DNA of 63,854 bases, the filler included, from Klebsormidium nitens (Eukaryota; Plantae; Klebsormidiophyceae), in assembly GCA_000708835.1 (NCBI GenBank). It is 7 parts of 7 records of this genome, joined end to end, with 100 filler letters (N's around TTAATTAATTAA, not from the genome) between each part and the next. Parts side by side here need not be neighbours in the genome. Positions count along the whole stretch, not along the records: positions 42,983 to 52,334 come from DF238199.1; positions 52,435 to 58,425 come from DF238417.1; positions 58,526 to 63,854 come from DF238431.1; 4 more parts are not named here. One strand, 5' to 3'. Below are positions 50,770-61,336 of this stretch, in pieces. Under the pieces are notes generated by a model, which worked only from the letters and a program-made list of their open reading frames with translations, was not told the DNA's origin and made no database searches. Each line of letters starts with the position of its first letter. Within the stretch, counting starts at the first letter, position 1. Position numbers and translations under genes: made by a program.

Positions 50770-52543
50770 GGTGGACCGGGCAGACGACGAAGAGTTTGTT
50801 TGATGACGGTTTGGAAGGCCCGCCGGGTCATCGCAAACCGGCTGGTCGAACGGGGTTGACACGGCTTGAAAGCAGTGCCCGGTAAACTCCACTGAGGCAG
50901 TCAACAGGAACACACCCTTGCATGAGCGGCTGTTGAACGGGCACTCGAGGCAGAGCTCATCGGCCAGGAGCGCTTTCGGTGATCTCAAAACGGGCGGTTA
51001 ACACTGAACGAAATGTTCTGGAGTTCCCGCCGGTTGTGAAGTACTCGGCAGGCGACTCGACGAGAAACACCGCATTGATTGCGCCGCAAATCGGCGAGGC
51101 TTGCTCGCCGTTCGGCCGCTGTTGAGGCAGAGCGAATATGCATGGGCCCGCTTCGGGTCAAGCGAGCAAGTCGACGTTCTCAATATGCCCTCCACGACTG
51201 TGACCAGCGGGTCATGGTCCTGCACCACCGGAGACTGGCGCCAGAATGTCCAGCTCGTCAGACTCGGCCTCTGCTTATGTTCCTAACTTATTGCTCTAGG
51301 CAGGCAAGAGGAAAAGTAGTGAACTAGATAGGCGAGTCATCAATTTTGGAGTTAGTAGAGAGGAAGGGCTAGCTAGGTGTTTCTTAGTCAAAGGTTTGGC
51401 GGAAGACGCCTAAGCAGCAAAGCTAGCAAAGGCACGCGCGTTGCTGAGTTCGTAGGGGTCGGAGGCTAGCTGTCAGGCACGCCGGAAGATCTAGGTATAT
51501 GAGTTGAGCGAGCAGTCCTCTTAAACTTTTGGTAGTTGTTTAGTACGGAGTGAAGTGATTCATACAGAGTCACGTTTTAGTTTAGTTGGGCGTTGATTAC
51601 TCTGGTGTCTGTTAGAGAGCGCAGCGCTTGCGCGTGTTAGTCTGGGCGGCTCAAGTTCGAGCAAGCCTGAACCCTGTTCATTTGCGCAAGATTTTTCCAG
51701 AAGTATCCATATCAACTCAACAGGTTTGACATGAAGTGCCGTGTCTCTCCATTTGAAGAGTCCACACCGCACAGTAGACACAAATGGTTGTCCTGCAGTC
51801 ATATGAGTCAAGCTGGTGAAAGACAAGTAAGGCGTGGTACATCGTTTGGTGCTAGATTCGAGTCCCTCAGAGTCAAAGGCTACTTGGTGAATCTTCTGGC
51901 TACACTAGCTCGCGGTTGGCATATGCCTAGCTCAACAGGGACTCAAATGCTGCGCTTATAGGCATCTCCCAGGCCGGCCATCCATACGCGTGTATCATTT
52001 GCACAAACGTGCATGGCATCATGGCGGTGCATAGATGTTATGATGGCACCATGTATGCCCGGCCATATAGTTTTAGTTTTAGTTGATTTAACGTCGGTTC
52101 GGAGCCGTGGTCGGCTAAGTCGACGAATGTCTCTATTTACTAACTCTGCACTAAACTCGCTCTTAATGCAAAGCTTAAGTGCAAATACTTTCCTATCACG
52201 TAAGTATCTTGTAGACTAAGGAACGATCTCAAGTTTATCTCTCCTCTATCCTGAAAGATATATGGGAAGTCTATCCTGAGGTCAGTATACACTGGGCAAG
52301 TGAACACGAAGTGATGTTCGTCCTCTATTTCACGNNNNNNNNNNNNNNNNNNNNNNNNNNNNNNNNNNNNNNNNNNNNTTAATTAATTAANNNNNNNNNN
52401 NNNNNNNNNNNNNNNNNNNNNNNNNNNNNNNNNNCACCTCTGATCCTTTGGACGCCGCCGGTACAGAGGGCCAAGAATTGTGACCTTCAAACACAGTTCT
52501 TCAAATCAACCTTCAAACTTTCAACTCTCATTCTCTGACGGTC

Positions 52544-52830
52544 ATGGCTCTCTCTGGTGCACGCAACACGGTCATACAGGCTTTGGACGACTGCGTAGCG
52601 AACGCCATCTTGACGATCCTGGACGAGGAGCAAGAACTCAAGGATCCATTCATGGTCGTGACTTACGACGAGAGTGCCGGTTTGACGAGGGCAGCAGTCT
52701 ACAGCTCACCGTACGCGGTCTTAGTCCAAGATTTTCGGGGAACACCAGACTCGCGAGAGGTACAAGCTGGCGTCCGCATCTTGAAGAGCAGCGTAATGTC
52801 AGATCTTCAGGTGAAGTATGTCAACTTTGT
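52544..52830 (+). CDS. Intronless hypothetical ORF running into the IS630-like transposase
   Basis: MALSGARNTVIQALDDCV...SDLQVK. The frame continues over the transposase start to 52981, suggesting interruption by insertion. Confidence 0.4.
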
Positions 52831-52832
52831 CA

Positions 52833-53800
52833 ATGACCTACCTGATCGGCGTTCGACAAGCCGTCATCCGCCTGCTTACAACCACAAATATGAGCATGAG
52901 ACGAGTAGCTTCTACGTTCGCCATTGGTGCAAGTACAGTGAGCCGTTGGGCAAGGTGCGGTATTGCCATCAAACAACGTAAATTCTCTACCAAAGTAAGC
53001 TCAAACATCGTCACTACTATCAAAAGCAGCCTCCTACACGACCCTTGTTTGGGTTTGAGACCGTTGTGTTCAAGAATCTTTGACGCATTTGGAGTTCGCA
53101 TCTCCAAATCTTTAGCGGCCACTGCAATCAAGAAGGCGGGCTTTACACACAAGAAGGCACGCCGGCAGTATACACCTAAAAGTCCAGAGGCCCTAAACTC
53201 CCTGCGAGAGGAGTTTTGCAAGAGAGTGGCTTTGTACGCTGATAGACATATCGTGTTTACGGACGAGTCTGGATTCTCACTGCGCAATCAATCCCCCGTG
53301 TATGGCTATGCACCCAAAGGCCAGCCCCTTTGTGTTTCTTCCAGCCCTCCGAGTGGAAAATCTGTGACTCTCGTCGCTGCCATCTCAAACTCCGAGTATA
53401 GAGCTTGTATGACACTGAGGGGACCACTGAATCCTCAAGGATTTGCTACCTTTCTATCGACCGCAGGAATCCCTGCAAGAAGCGTTATTGTAATGGACAA
53501 TGCTGCGATCCATAGGACTGAGCAGGTGCGTGACACGATAGCAGGTCTGAATTGCGAAGCGCTCTTCATTCCACCATATTCACCAGATTACAATGCAATT
53601 GAAAATATCTTTGGCATCATGAAGGGCAGATTTATGGAGGAAAAACGCATCAATGACGGAACGTACAGTACAGAATGCATTCTTTGACGTGGAGCCTGAT
53701 ATAGTTTTGAGGACGAGCGGACGATGTTTGAAAGAGTTCTGGAAAACGATGAAGCCGAGAATGGGAAATTTGGGGGCCAAGGAAAGTCACGACTTGTAGT
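52833..53800 (+). mobile_element. IS630/Tc1-mariner (DDE_3) transposase
   Basis: MTYLIGVRQAVI..MSMRRVASTFAIGASTVSRW HTH, GFTHKK, IVFTDESGF, YGYAPKG, VIVMDNAAIH and LFIPPYSPDYNAIENIFGIMK (DD34E-type). The ORF stops at 53687, but a likely C-terminus (VQNAFFDVEPDIVL..CLKEF) continues in a shifted frame to ~53800. Confidence 0.9.
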
Positions 53801-53988
53801 AAGCCAGACGTCCGAAAAGGCCCTGCCTGACAACCCTGAACCTTGCAAACTGGCCACGTGGTGGAGACAGGCGTCCGATCCATGTTCAGACTGGAAGATT
53901 TTTGGAAGTTGTAAGAGAAGTGGCGTCCGAAACGGTCCCACTTGAGAGTATAAAAAGGGCAATCTCAGTTTCATTTCCACACAAACAG

Positions 53989-54875
53989 ATGGAGGAAGAA
54001 ACGGAGGATCCCGAGAGGGCAAAGAGGACGCGCCCAGATGTTTCTGCACGTTGGAAACTGCGGAAGGACAAGGAGACATCGGTGGTTCAGACAGGATGGA
54101 GGGTCCTCTGCCAGGACCTAGGAATAACGGATCGAATCGAAGAGATCATCCCCGAGGTTACCCGCATCCGAGTCGAGACTTGCCTCCTGCTGAACCTCCA
54201 CTTCATCCGCCTTCTGGAGGAAGAAAGACCCGTGCCTCTAATCGACCAGAATCTGGTCGGTCGTGCAATGCAATGTACATACTCCCGGAAGCCACAAGCC
54301 GACCCTGACCTACTCCACACATTCTCGACTACTACCTGCCCCTCTGTCCCAATCGCCCGGTCAACAGCTGCCTGCCTCGAATAGCAAACATCCTGTTAGA
54401 CCTGCGCAACCAAATGCTCAGCAACATCAGGAACCACGTGGCAGTCCACTTCCAGTCGCGACACCGGGCCTTCATGCGGCTACTGTGGAAGCTCATTGCA
54501 GAGCCAGAGTTCTTCACCAATAAAAACGCAAACTTTCAAGAAAACACGCGACAGAAACTCGCCGAAATTTTGACGAGTGGAAAACTCGTGCACACAGAAT
54601 GCATCGGTAATGTCTCTGGAAGGGTCTTTCGGTACTTCATCAGACGTCTACTCGAGAAAATACCGACTGAAGAGAGACGACTCAATCGACTGATGTTCTC
54701 GACGATTTTCGGCGTCTCACCTGCCGAACACGATATCAAAGAATTGAATTACAACATACTTTTTGACGATAAGATCAAGATGAACGTCTATCAGAGATTT
54801 GCCAGGAACGAAGAGACGGGCAAGTACCGCACGGATGATTCTTGTCTGTGCGAGATCGACGTAACATACATTTAA
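53989..54875 (+). pseudogene. Fanzor1-like N-terminal fragment (TnpB-related), frameshifted, RuvC not present
   Basis: VVQTGWRVLCQD..ITDRIEEIIPEVTRIRVETCLLLNLHFIRLLEEERPVPLIDQNLVGRAM...DPDLLHTF, frameshift at ~54330, then YYLPL...LRNQMLSNIRNHVAVHFQSRH. This follows the Fanzor1 N-terminal pattern. TATA at 53949. Stop at 54875 before any RuvC motif. Confidence 0.7.
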
Positions 54876-55574
54876 GGTTACATCAGGAATGACAATGGAA
54901 CTGTACAAAGTGAAAGATGTCCACAGCGGACATTTCCTCCCAACAGGCACGTGCCCCCAACGAGCACTTGCTGCCAGCTTCTCCGTGATTTTCGGAGGAC
55001 CTTCGCGTGCCCCCTAAGGTCGAGGACCTTCGGACGGTCCGGAATTATTTTCTATGCGTCATTTGAGACAGACCTTGGCNNNNNNNNNNNNNNNNNNNNN
55101 NNNNNNNNNNNNNNNNNNNNNNNNNNNNNNNNNNNNNNNNNNNNNNNNNNNNNNNNNNNNNNNNNNNNNNNNNNNNNNNNNNNNNNNNNNNNNNNNNNNN
55201 NNNNNNNNNNNNNNNNNNNNNNNNNNNNNNNNNNNNNNNNNNNNNNNNNNNNNNNNNNNNNNNNNNNNNNNNNNNNNNNNNNNNNNNNNNNNNNNNNNNN
55301 NNNNNNNNNNNNNNNNNNNNNNNNNNNNNNNNNNNNNNNNNNNNNNNNNNNNNNNNNNNNNNNNNNNNNNNNNNNNNNNNNNNNNNNNNNNNNNNNNNNN
55401 NNNNNNNNNNNNNNNNNNNNNNNNNNNNNNNNNNNNNNNNNNNNNNNNNNNNNNNNNNNNNNNNNNNNNNNNNNNNNNNNNNNNNNNNNNNNNGGAGCCC
55501 TTGTTCGGCACCGCTGCCACCATGTGCGAATAGTTAGGAGCACGTGTCAAATACATATTAGAAAATAAATCTTC

Positions 55575-56945
55575 TCATGAGGGATTAGGATTTCCCGTCG
55601 CAGACCTCTCCCTAGCCCTCTTCCTCTCCTTAGCAACTGCATTTACGTATGTCTCCCTCATCGACTGTCTCTCTATCTCCCTCAGGACCATCCCTGCGAG
55701 GTCGTCTCCTAATGTCTCCCCTCCGTTCTCTTCGATTCTGCGCAGAGTCTCGACTGCAAGTTCATCGTATCTTATGAGTTCAACGAAGTAACCTTTCAGC
55801 CTGTTGCAACGACCACATACCCAGGAGAAGTTTCCCACATAAGATTCCACTGCAACGTCCGTTCGGTCGATTTGTGGAAAGCTGCCCCACCCTCCACGCA
55901 GTATGTTCCAGTCGCAACCCATGTCACAGATCGAGCATCTGCGCTCCTGACGCAACCAGGCAACCATCGCTTCCTCCTCGGTCAAAAGTTGCGGCGTCCT
56001 ACCGACGACGTCGCACCTCCTCTTGCTGGCCGAGATACGATTGGCAACGCTCTTCTTAATGAGCTTGTCTTCGTACTTCTCGGAGAAAAATTGCATGTAT
56101 GTGGATTCCACTGGTTCGAGCTGGTTTCTCATCTTTGGAAGCTGCTCAGTAAGGGTAGATAACGCCTTGAGCGACTCATATGTCGGTAGTTTGCTTTCCA
56201 CCTTGTCCCACTTGGCCAACTGAGAAACCCTCGCGTCCACCTTTTTCTCCTCTGCCTCTTCGGCTGCAGTCATTCTCCGGCTGTTCTCTTGCATCTTGTC
56301 GAATATCTCCGAAAAGGTCAGGTAAATGCCCTTGAGTAGAGGATCGTCTCTTCCCATGAGTTCTTCCAGGATCCTCCGTCTCTCCTGCCTCACCATCGTC
56401 AGCCTTTCATCAAAGGCCACTGATCGAGCCAGCCCGGTCCGACAAGATAGGCACATCCACGCCGGATGCAGCTCATCGTCCAAGGCGAGAAAGACTTCGT
56501 GCAGGGATTTGGCCGTTCCGCACAGCGTGCACCTATCCAGAAACTCGGGAACCTCTTCCACTTCGATCTCGTCCGACTCGTACATAGCGCACCTCATGAG
56601 TTTGAACAGACCGGCGACTTTGTCCTTCAGGAGAACTTCTTCCGAATCGATCTGCTCGACCACTTCTCTCATCTCACGAATCATCTGCCGGGTCTCGTCA
56701 GCCAATGCCAGGATCTCAGCGATTTTCTTCTCGTTCCTCTCATCTTCCTTCGCCTTGCGCTCTTTCAAGAGCCTTGCCTTCTTCTCTTCGCGAACTCGCT
56801 CCCTTTCCGCCGCCTTCCTCTCCTTCTCCTGTATCGCCTCCGCGGCCGTGTAGACCCTCACGTTCCCCTCGGTTCGTTTGCGCTCGATGTTGATATCCAC
56901 GCTCATGCCATCGGCTATCTGTAGAGTGTACTTGCGTTTGGCCAT
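55575..56945 (-). CDS. Intronless coiled-coil protein with Zn ribbon and C-terminal HNH/His-Me-finger-like domain
   Basis: CTLC...CLSC; RRCSICD...QIDRTD...YVGNFSWVCGRCNRLKG matches the IDR.D...Y..GN...C..CN..K endonuclease pattern common in phages and large DNA viruses. TATA ~45 nt upstream. Confidence 0.7.
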   Translation of the reverse strand: MAKRKYTLQIADGMSVDINIERKRTEGNVRVYTAAEAIQEKERKAAERERVREEKKARLLKERKAKEDERNEKKIAEILALADETRQMIREMREVVEQIDSEEVLLKDKVAGLFKLMRCAMYESDEIEVEEVPEFLDRCTLCGTAKSLHEVFLALDDELHPAWMCLSCRTGLARSVAFDERLTMVRQERRRILEELMGRDDPLLKGIYLTFSEIFDKMQENSRRMTAAEEAEEKKVDARVSQLAKWDKVESKLPTYESLKALSTLTEQLPKMRNQLEPVESTYMQFFSEKYEDKLIKKSVANRISASKRRCDVVGRTPQLLTEEEAMVAWLRQERRCSICDMGCDWNILRGGWGSFPQIDRTDVAVESYVGNFSWVCGRCNRLKGYFVELIRYDELAVETLRRIEENGGETLGDDLAGMVLREIERQSMRETYVNAVAKERKRARERSATGNPNPS

Positions 56946-57004
56946 CTCGTGTCTAGTCGGAATGATGGTAGAATGGCCCATGAGATCCTCCTTATATAGG
57001 CAAA

Positions 57005-57160
57005 TCGTGGCGTCCGAAACTCGAAGTCTAGATGCCACGTGGAAAGAGAAACCGTCCGAAGCTGGCGTCCGAAACAGTCCTGTAAGTTCTAGATGCCACG
57101 TGGAGAGAGAAACCGTCCGAAGCTGGCGTCCGAAAGCGCGGCTCGGACCCTATATAGGCA
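57005..57160. promoter_or_regulatory. Bidirectional promoter with ~62-bp tandem repeat (GCCACGTGG G-box plus GCGTCCGAAA) and two outward TATA boxes
   Basis: CTAGATGCCACGTGGA.AGAGAAACCGTCCGAAGCTGGCGTCCGAAA occurs twice. TATATA at ~56993 (minus) and 57151 (plus), each ~40-45 nt from an ATG. Confidence 0.7.
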
Positions 57161-57191
57161 GGATGCGAAAATCGACCAACCATTTCAAACG

Positions 57192-57983
57192 ATGGAGCCT
57201 ACCATCTCACAAAGGGAAGTGTACGCCAAGTTGCCAATCGAAATCGCAAAGGACATCAGCGATCGCGCCAAGAGAAGGGAGGTCAAATTGCTCTATCGTT
57301 GGATATGCGACCAGAAGCGACTGCTCGAGCGCGAGATCTTGGTGCTGCCCAGACGCGGAGCTTTCGCGGATTACGCGTATGGTCTGAGCTTTTATGACAC
57401 GTACCAAGATGCGACCATACCCACCGAAGTACGCTGGTATGGGGAGGAACACTTTTCCTCTCTAAAGTTCGACGAGTTGAAGGAATTGTCGGTAAACGTC
57501 TCTGTTGACGATGTGGATGTGATGTCAAAGACCACAGCTCTGAACATGTTATACTGTATGATCGTGAGCAAATGGTGGGGAGACTTCCTCATATCCAAGC
57601 TGAGGTGTTCGTACGAGGACGCACCTAAGGGTGACGACTCCGAAGACGAGTCTAATTCCGAAGACTCGGACGGCGAAGACTCGGACGGCGAAGAAGATCA
57701 GAGACCCTACTCAGAGATAGCAAAGGACTTCTTCCCGGACTCCCGGACGCTCGATGCGTTCGTCAGCATGATGACCCTGCACAAAAAGGATCTCGCGACA
57801 TTTTGTAAGGAATACGAACAGAGTCGAGTCGAAGTGGAAGAATATCTCCAGCAGCTATACTTGGAAGATCTGAGAGTGTTGTTCGAGAACCAGAGTACAG
57901 AGAGTGAGGTCAAAGCAAAAGGATACTACTCGGAAACCCTGGAATTGCTCTTGCTCTTCGAAGGAGGGCACCTGGACACATGA
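57192..57983 (+). CDS. Intronless hypothetical protein with an acidic tract
   Basis: 263-aa ORF from the ATG 40 nt after TATA, with a DDSEDESNSEDSDGEDSDGEED tract. No family recognised. Confidence 0.6.
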   Translation: MEPTISQREVYAKLPIEIAKDISDRAKRREVKLLYRWICDQKRLLEREILVLPRRGAFADYAYGLSFYDTYQDATIPTEVRWYGEEHFSSLKFDELKELSVNVSVDDVDVMSKTTALNMLYCMIVSKWWGDFLISKLRCSYEDAPKGDDSEDESNSEDSDGEDSDGEEDQRPYSEIAKDFFPDSRTLDAFVSMMTLHKKDLATFCKEYEQSRVEVEEYLQQLYLEDLRVLFENQSTESEVKAKGYYSETLELLLLFEGGHLDT

Positions 57984-58099
57984 ACGGAAACCCGGACAGG
58001 ATATACCTCGATTCATTCCGCTCGAACGTCCGAATGCCAATGCCCAAACATGCATGCACGCATTTGGAGAGTAGCCCAAAAATTCCCTGGGAGTATACT

Positions 58100-58425
58100 A
58101 TATCCTCGTCATGGATAACGTCATAGTCGTGCTAGTCGGATTTGCACTCGTGTGTCAGATCCTCATAATATGTATGATATGCATCAGTGCAATCTGTCCG
58201 GACGAGGAGGAAGAGAAGTATCTTCTCGAATGATGTAGAAAAAACAGAGGTCCGATTCTGGCGTCCGAAACTTCCAAACTTCGTCCTAGACAACGACTTC
58301 GTCCAGTTTCGCCAAGAGCATGTCCAGTTGAGAACTATGCAGTCCATTCATAGCTCTCTCCCTTTCCTGCGCCGCTCCCCTCTTCTGCCTCTCCGCCTCT
58401 AGATCCTCGCGCAGCTCTTCTGCTC
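58100..58425 (-). pseudogene. Coiled-coil ORF remnant with stops, cut by a gap
   Basis: AEELREDLEAERQKR...LDEVVV*DEVWKFRTPESDLCFFYIIREDTSLPP. Confidence 0.3.
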
Positions 58426-58526
58426 NNNNNNNNNNNNNNNNNNNNNNNNNNNNNNNNNNNNNNNNNNNNTTAATTAATTAANNNNNNNNNNNNNNNNNNN
58501 NNNNNNNNNNNNNNNNNNNNNNNNNA

Positions 58527-59869
58527 TCCCCGCGAGGGGCTCGGAAAGCTAGCGCCGTTACACTTGCGCCTCCCACTCGCACAGACTGCCTTGCACCCAC
58601 TTCCCCTCCCAGTCTGCTGCGCGAGGTTTGCAAACGGAGGGCCCCTCCCTCTCGACAAGCAGCTAACAGCCACATCAAGGTGTTGAGATCCATCGCTTGT
58701 CCCAGCAACTCGCGGCGTGTGTGCTCTGAGATTCCTGGAGCGGCTTTGAAGCCGCGCGGAAAACCCATTGCCAACTCCCGTTCTTCGGCCGTTGGCTCCC
58801 CAAAGGTGACATCTCCCGCTGCATCCGTACACCTGAGGACGCCCCCACCACCCCTGGAGAACGCATAGGACCCCGGGTAACTCACAAAGGTGTTGAGCGC
58901 GCGCCTGGGATCCCCTGGTTTTTCCACCTTGGCCCAAGGGGCCACTCCTGAGGTCTGGGGCGCCCTAGCCTGACGCCCGCGCCCCAGCACCTGGTGCACA
59001 AAGAGGCCGGGGGGACGAGCTTGTTGGGCCAGCGTCGTGCGCAAGAGCGCGGGCCCCTCCAGGTTTGTCCACCACGCTCGCAGCCTGTGGGCCCTCGACC
59101 CCAGCTGCGCAGCGTCCACCACCAGCTCCGGCCCTAGCAACCCACGCGCCGCGTCGTAATGCTCGCGTACCTTGGGGCGCTTGTCAAACCCTGCCGCCAA
59201 GTGCTCCACCACGTATCCAAAAGAGCGCCCCCAGCCCTTATGCAGCCGTTGCATGCACTTCAGCACCCGCATCAGCTCCGTGAACAGCCCCGACCGCCCG
59301 TCGTCCAACCCCTGCCCCGTGCCTGCAGCACTGCTCCCCTGACATGGCCACCCCGCCACCACCAGGTCGACAGGCCCCAAGTCGTGCAGATGGGCCTCGG
59401 TGACCAGCTGGATGTCCTGCGGGAGGCGGTGGTGAAGTTGGGCTGAAGATTTGGGTGCCACCCGCGCTGGAAACTCCCTGCACAGCTGCGCCGCTGCGTG
59501 CTTGTGCACCTGCCGCGCCGCCCCCCTTCGCTCACACGCTATCACCTCTCCGATTGAGTAACCCAGCCGCGCAACCGCCTGTGTTGCAGCCCCCACCCCA
59601 GCGAATAGCTCCACCACTCTCAACGGCCTATCCGTAGGCAGTGGTGCCACCACTGTCCAGTCTAACTTTTCACAGCCCTCCAATTGCGGCAAGTACACCC
59701 GGCGTGGTGCCCCCACCCTTTCCCTCCGCTGCTGAACTGCCGCCAGCACAGCTTGACGCGCCCCTGCCGCCACGTCTAACTTAGGCCCCCGCGGCCACCG
59801 CCGCAGCTCCCAGGCCTTAACCCTCTCCTCCCTGGTGGCCCTCCCTGCCACCTCATGCTCTGGGGGCAT
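58527..59869 (-). CDS. C5 cytosine DNA methyltransferase (DNMT3-like, retrotransposon-encoded)
   Basis: Motif I VELFAGVG, PQDI, motif IV DLVVAGWPCQG, DGRSGLF, motif VI VVEHL, motif VIII AHRLRAWWTN, motif IX PTAEERELAMGFP and motif X RRELLGQAM. Confidence 0.93.
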
Positions 59870-59929
59870 CTGAGGCCATGTCCTCCCTCGAGCTCCCCCA
59901 GCCCTTGGCCCCAGACCCCCCGGATCCTG

Positions 59930-60421
59930 TCACTTAGTGAGGCAGCACGCCAGGGCCGCCCCGGCTGGGCCCTGCGCGCTACCCCTGTTTCCTGCCGCTG
60001 GGCGCTTTTGGTGCAGCTGCATCGGCAGGGCACCGACTCTTTGACCCGCCCCAGCCCAGTCCACCCTGTAAACCGCCCTCTCCTGCCACCTGTTCACCGA
60101 CAACCCGCAAGGGTAGGCAGCTCGGGTACCCAGCAAGAGGTCGTACCCGGTGGAGTCAGTGATCGCCAGACGCTCATACAGGGTGAGCTCATCTGGCGTT
60201 CCCGCGTTCAACACGATGGGAACCGGCTGTCGTGTGAGGCCCCCCTTGAGCGCCTCGATCCTCCCGGTTGCCGTGTGGACGCGCAGCCCCGCTGAGTCCA
60301 TGTCCTCTGGCTGCAGCCCCAAGTGTGCTTTTGCTTTCAACTTGGCCCCCGCCATTGAGTAAAAGCTCCCGCCGTCAATCAAAACTTTGTGCGGCACCAC
60401 CAACCCATGGGGCGTCGCCAC
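59930..60421 (-). CDS. Retropepsin-like aspartic protease
   Basis: KVLIDGGSFYSM (D-G-G variant), VHTATG and YDLLLGT. Confidence 0.75.
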   Translation of the reverse strand: MATPHGLVVPHKVLIDGGSFYSMAGAKLKAKAHLGLQPEDMDSAGLRVHTATGRIEALKGGLTRQPVPIVLNAGTPDELTLYERLAITDSTGYDLLLGTRAAYPCGLSVNRWQERAVYRVDWAGAGQRVGALPMQLHQKRPAAGNRGSAQGPAGAALACCLTK

Positions 60422-61336
60422 CTAGACCACCCGTCCCTTGTTGTCTACCCAGTCAGGAATTCCTTCCACCCCACCGCGCTCGGAAGGGCTAACCTTGGGT
60501 CGCCCTTCTGCAAAACACGCCATTGCCCTGGTATGGGCGTGGGCATCCTCCACCAGCTGTCCGTTCTCACTTTTTCCCGCTGCCTGCAGCGTAACCGCCG
60601 CGACCTGGCGTGCCCCCCTCCATTGGCCCGCGCCCAGCTTGCGTTCCCATGCTAGCCCCCGTTCCAGATCCGCCTGCAAGTCGCTCTCCCCTTCTGCCTT
60701 TTGCTTCCCTTTTCCTTCAACCACCTCCGCCTGCTCTCCCTGTGGCCCGCTCTCCTTCTCCCCCGGCTTCTGCGCCGCCAGCGCCACTGCCCGATCCACC
60801 CCCTTCTCCTGAGCTTCCCTGGCGACCAGCTCCATTGCCAACTCCGCATCCCGACTGGTCGCGACCACCCGCTCCTCTCGCGCCCTATATGCCTGATCCT
60901 CCTCCTGCCGCGCGATCTCACGCGCCAGTGCCTCGTCTGCTGCCACGCGCCCCCGCGCCGCCCTGTCCTCCGCCATGCGAGAGCTCTCCGGCTCATCGAT
61001 TGGCGCGGCGCTCTAACTGCTGCTTGCGCCCCCCTTTGCTACCTGCACCCAGCTCTGGGGCTTCTCCCCGCCCTGTCCAGTCTGCAAACTCTCACCACCC
61101 AACACCTCGCCGGCCTCGCGCGCGCGGAGTGCCTTCATTGCAATGGGCGACAGCCCCGCCCCCGAGCCCTTCACGCCTGATTTGGGTGTCTGCATTTCCA
61201 TCACCCCCCCTGCACGCGTCATCTCAGCAACCGCCGCCAGGTCCATCCCAGCGCGTCCAGCCAGCGCCAGGAAGGCGCCCAACCCCAGCGTCACCGTCCC
61301 CTGCGCCGTTGGCCCCTGCCCGTCGCTGGCTAGGCT

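Noticed and set aside
50770-52330. Short ORFs downstream of the kinase
   Set aside because: No motifs or coding signal; treated as UTR/intergenic.
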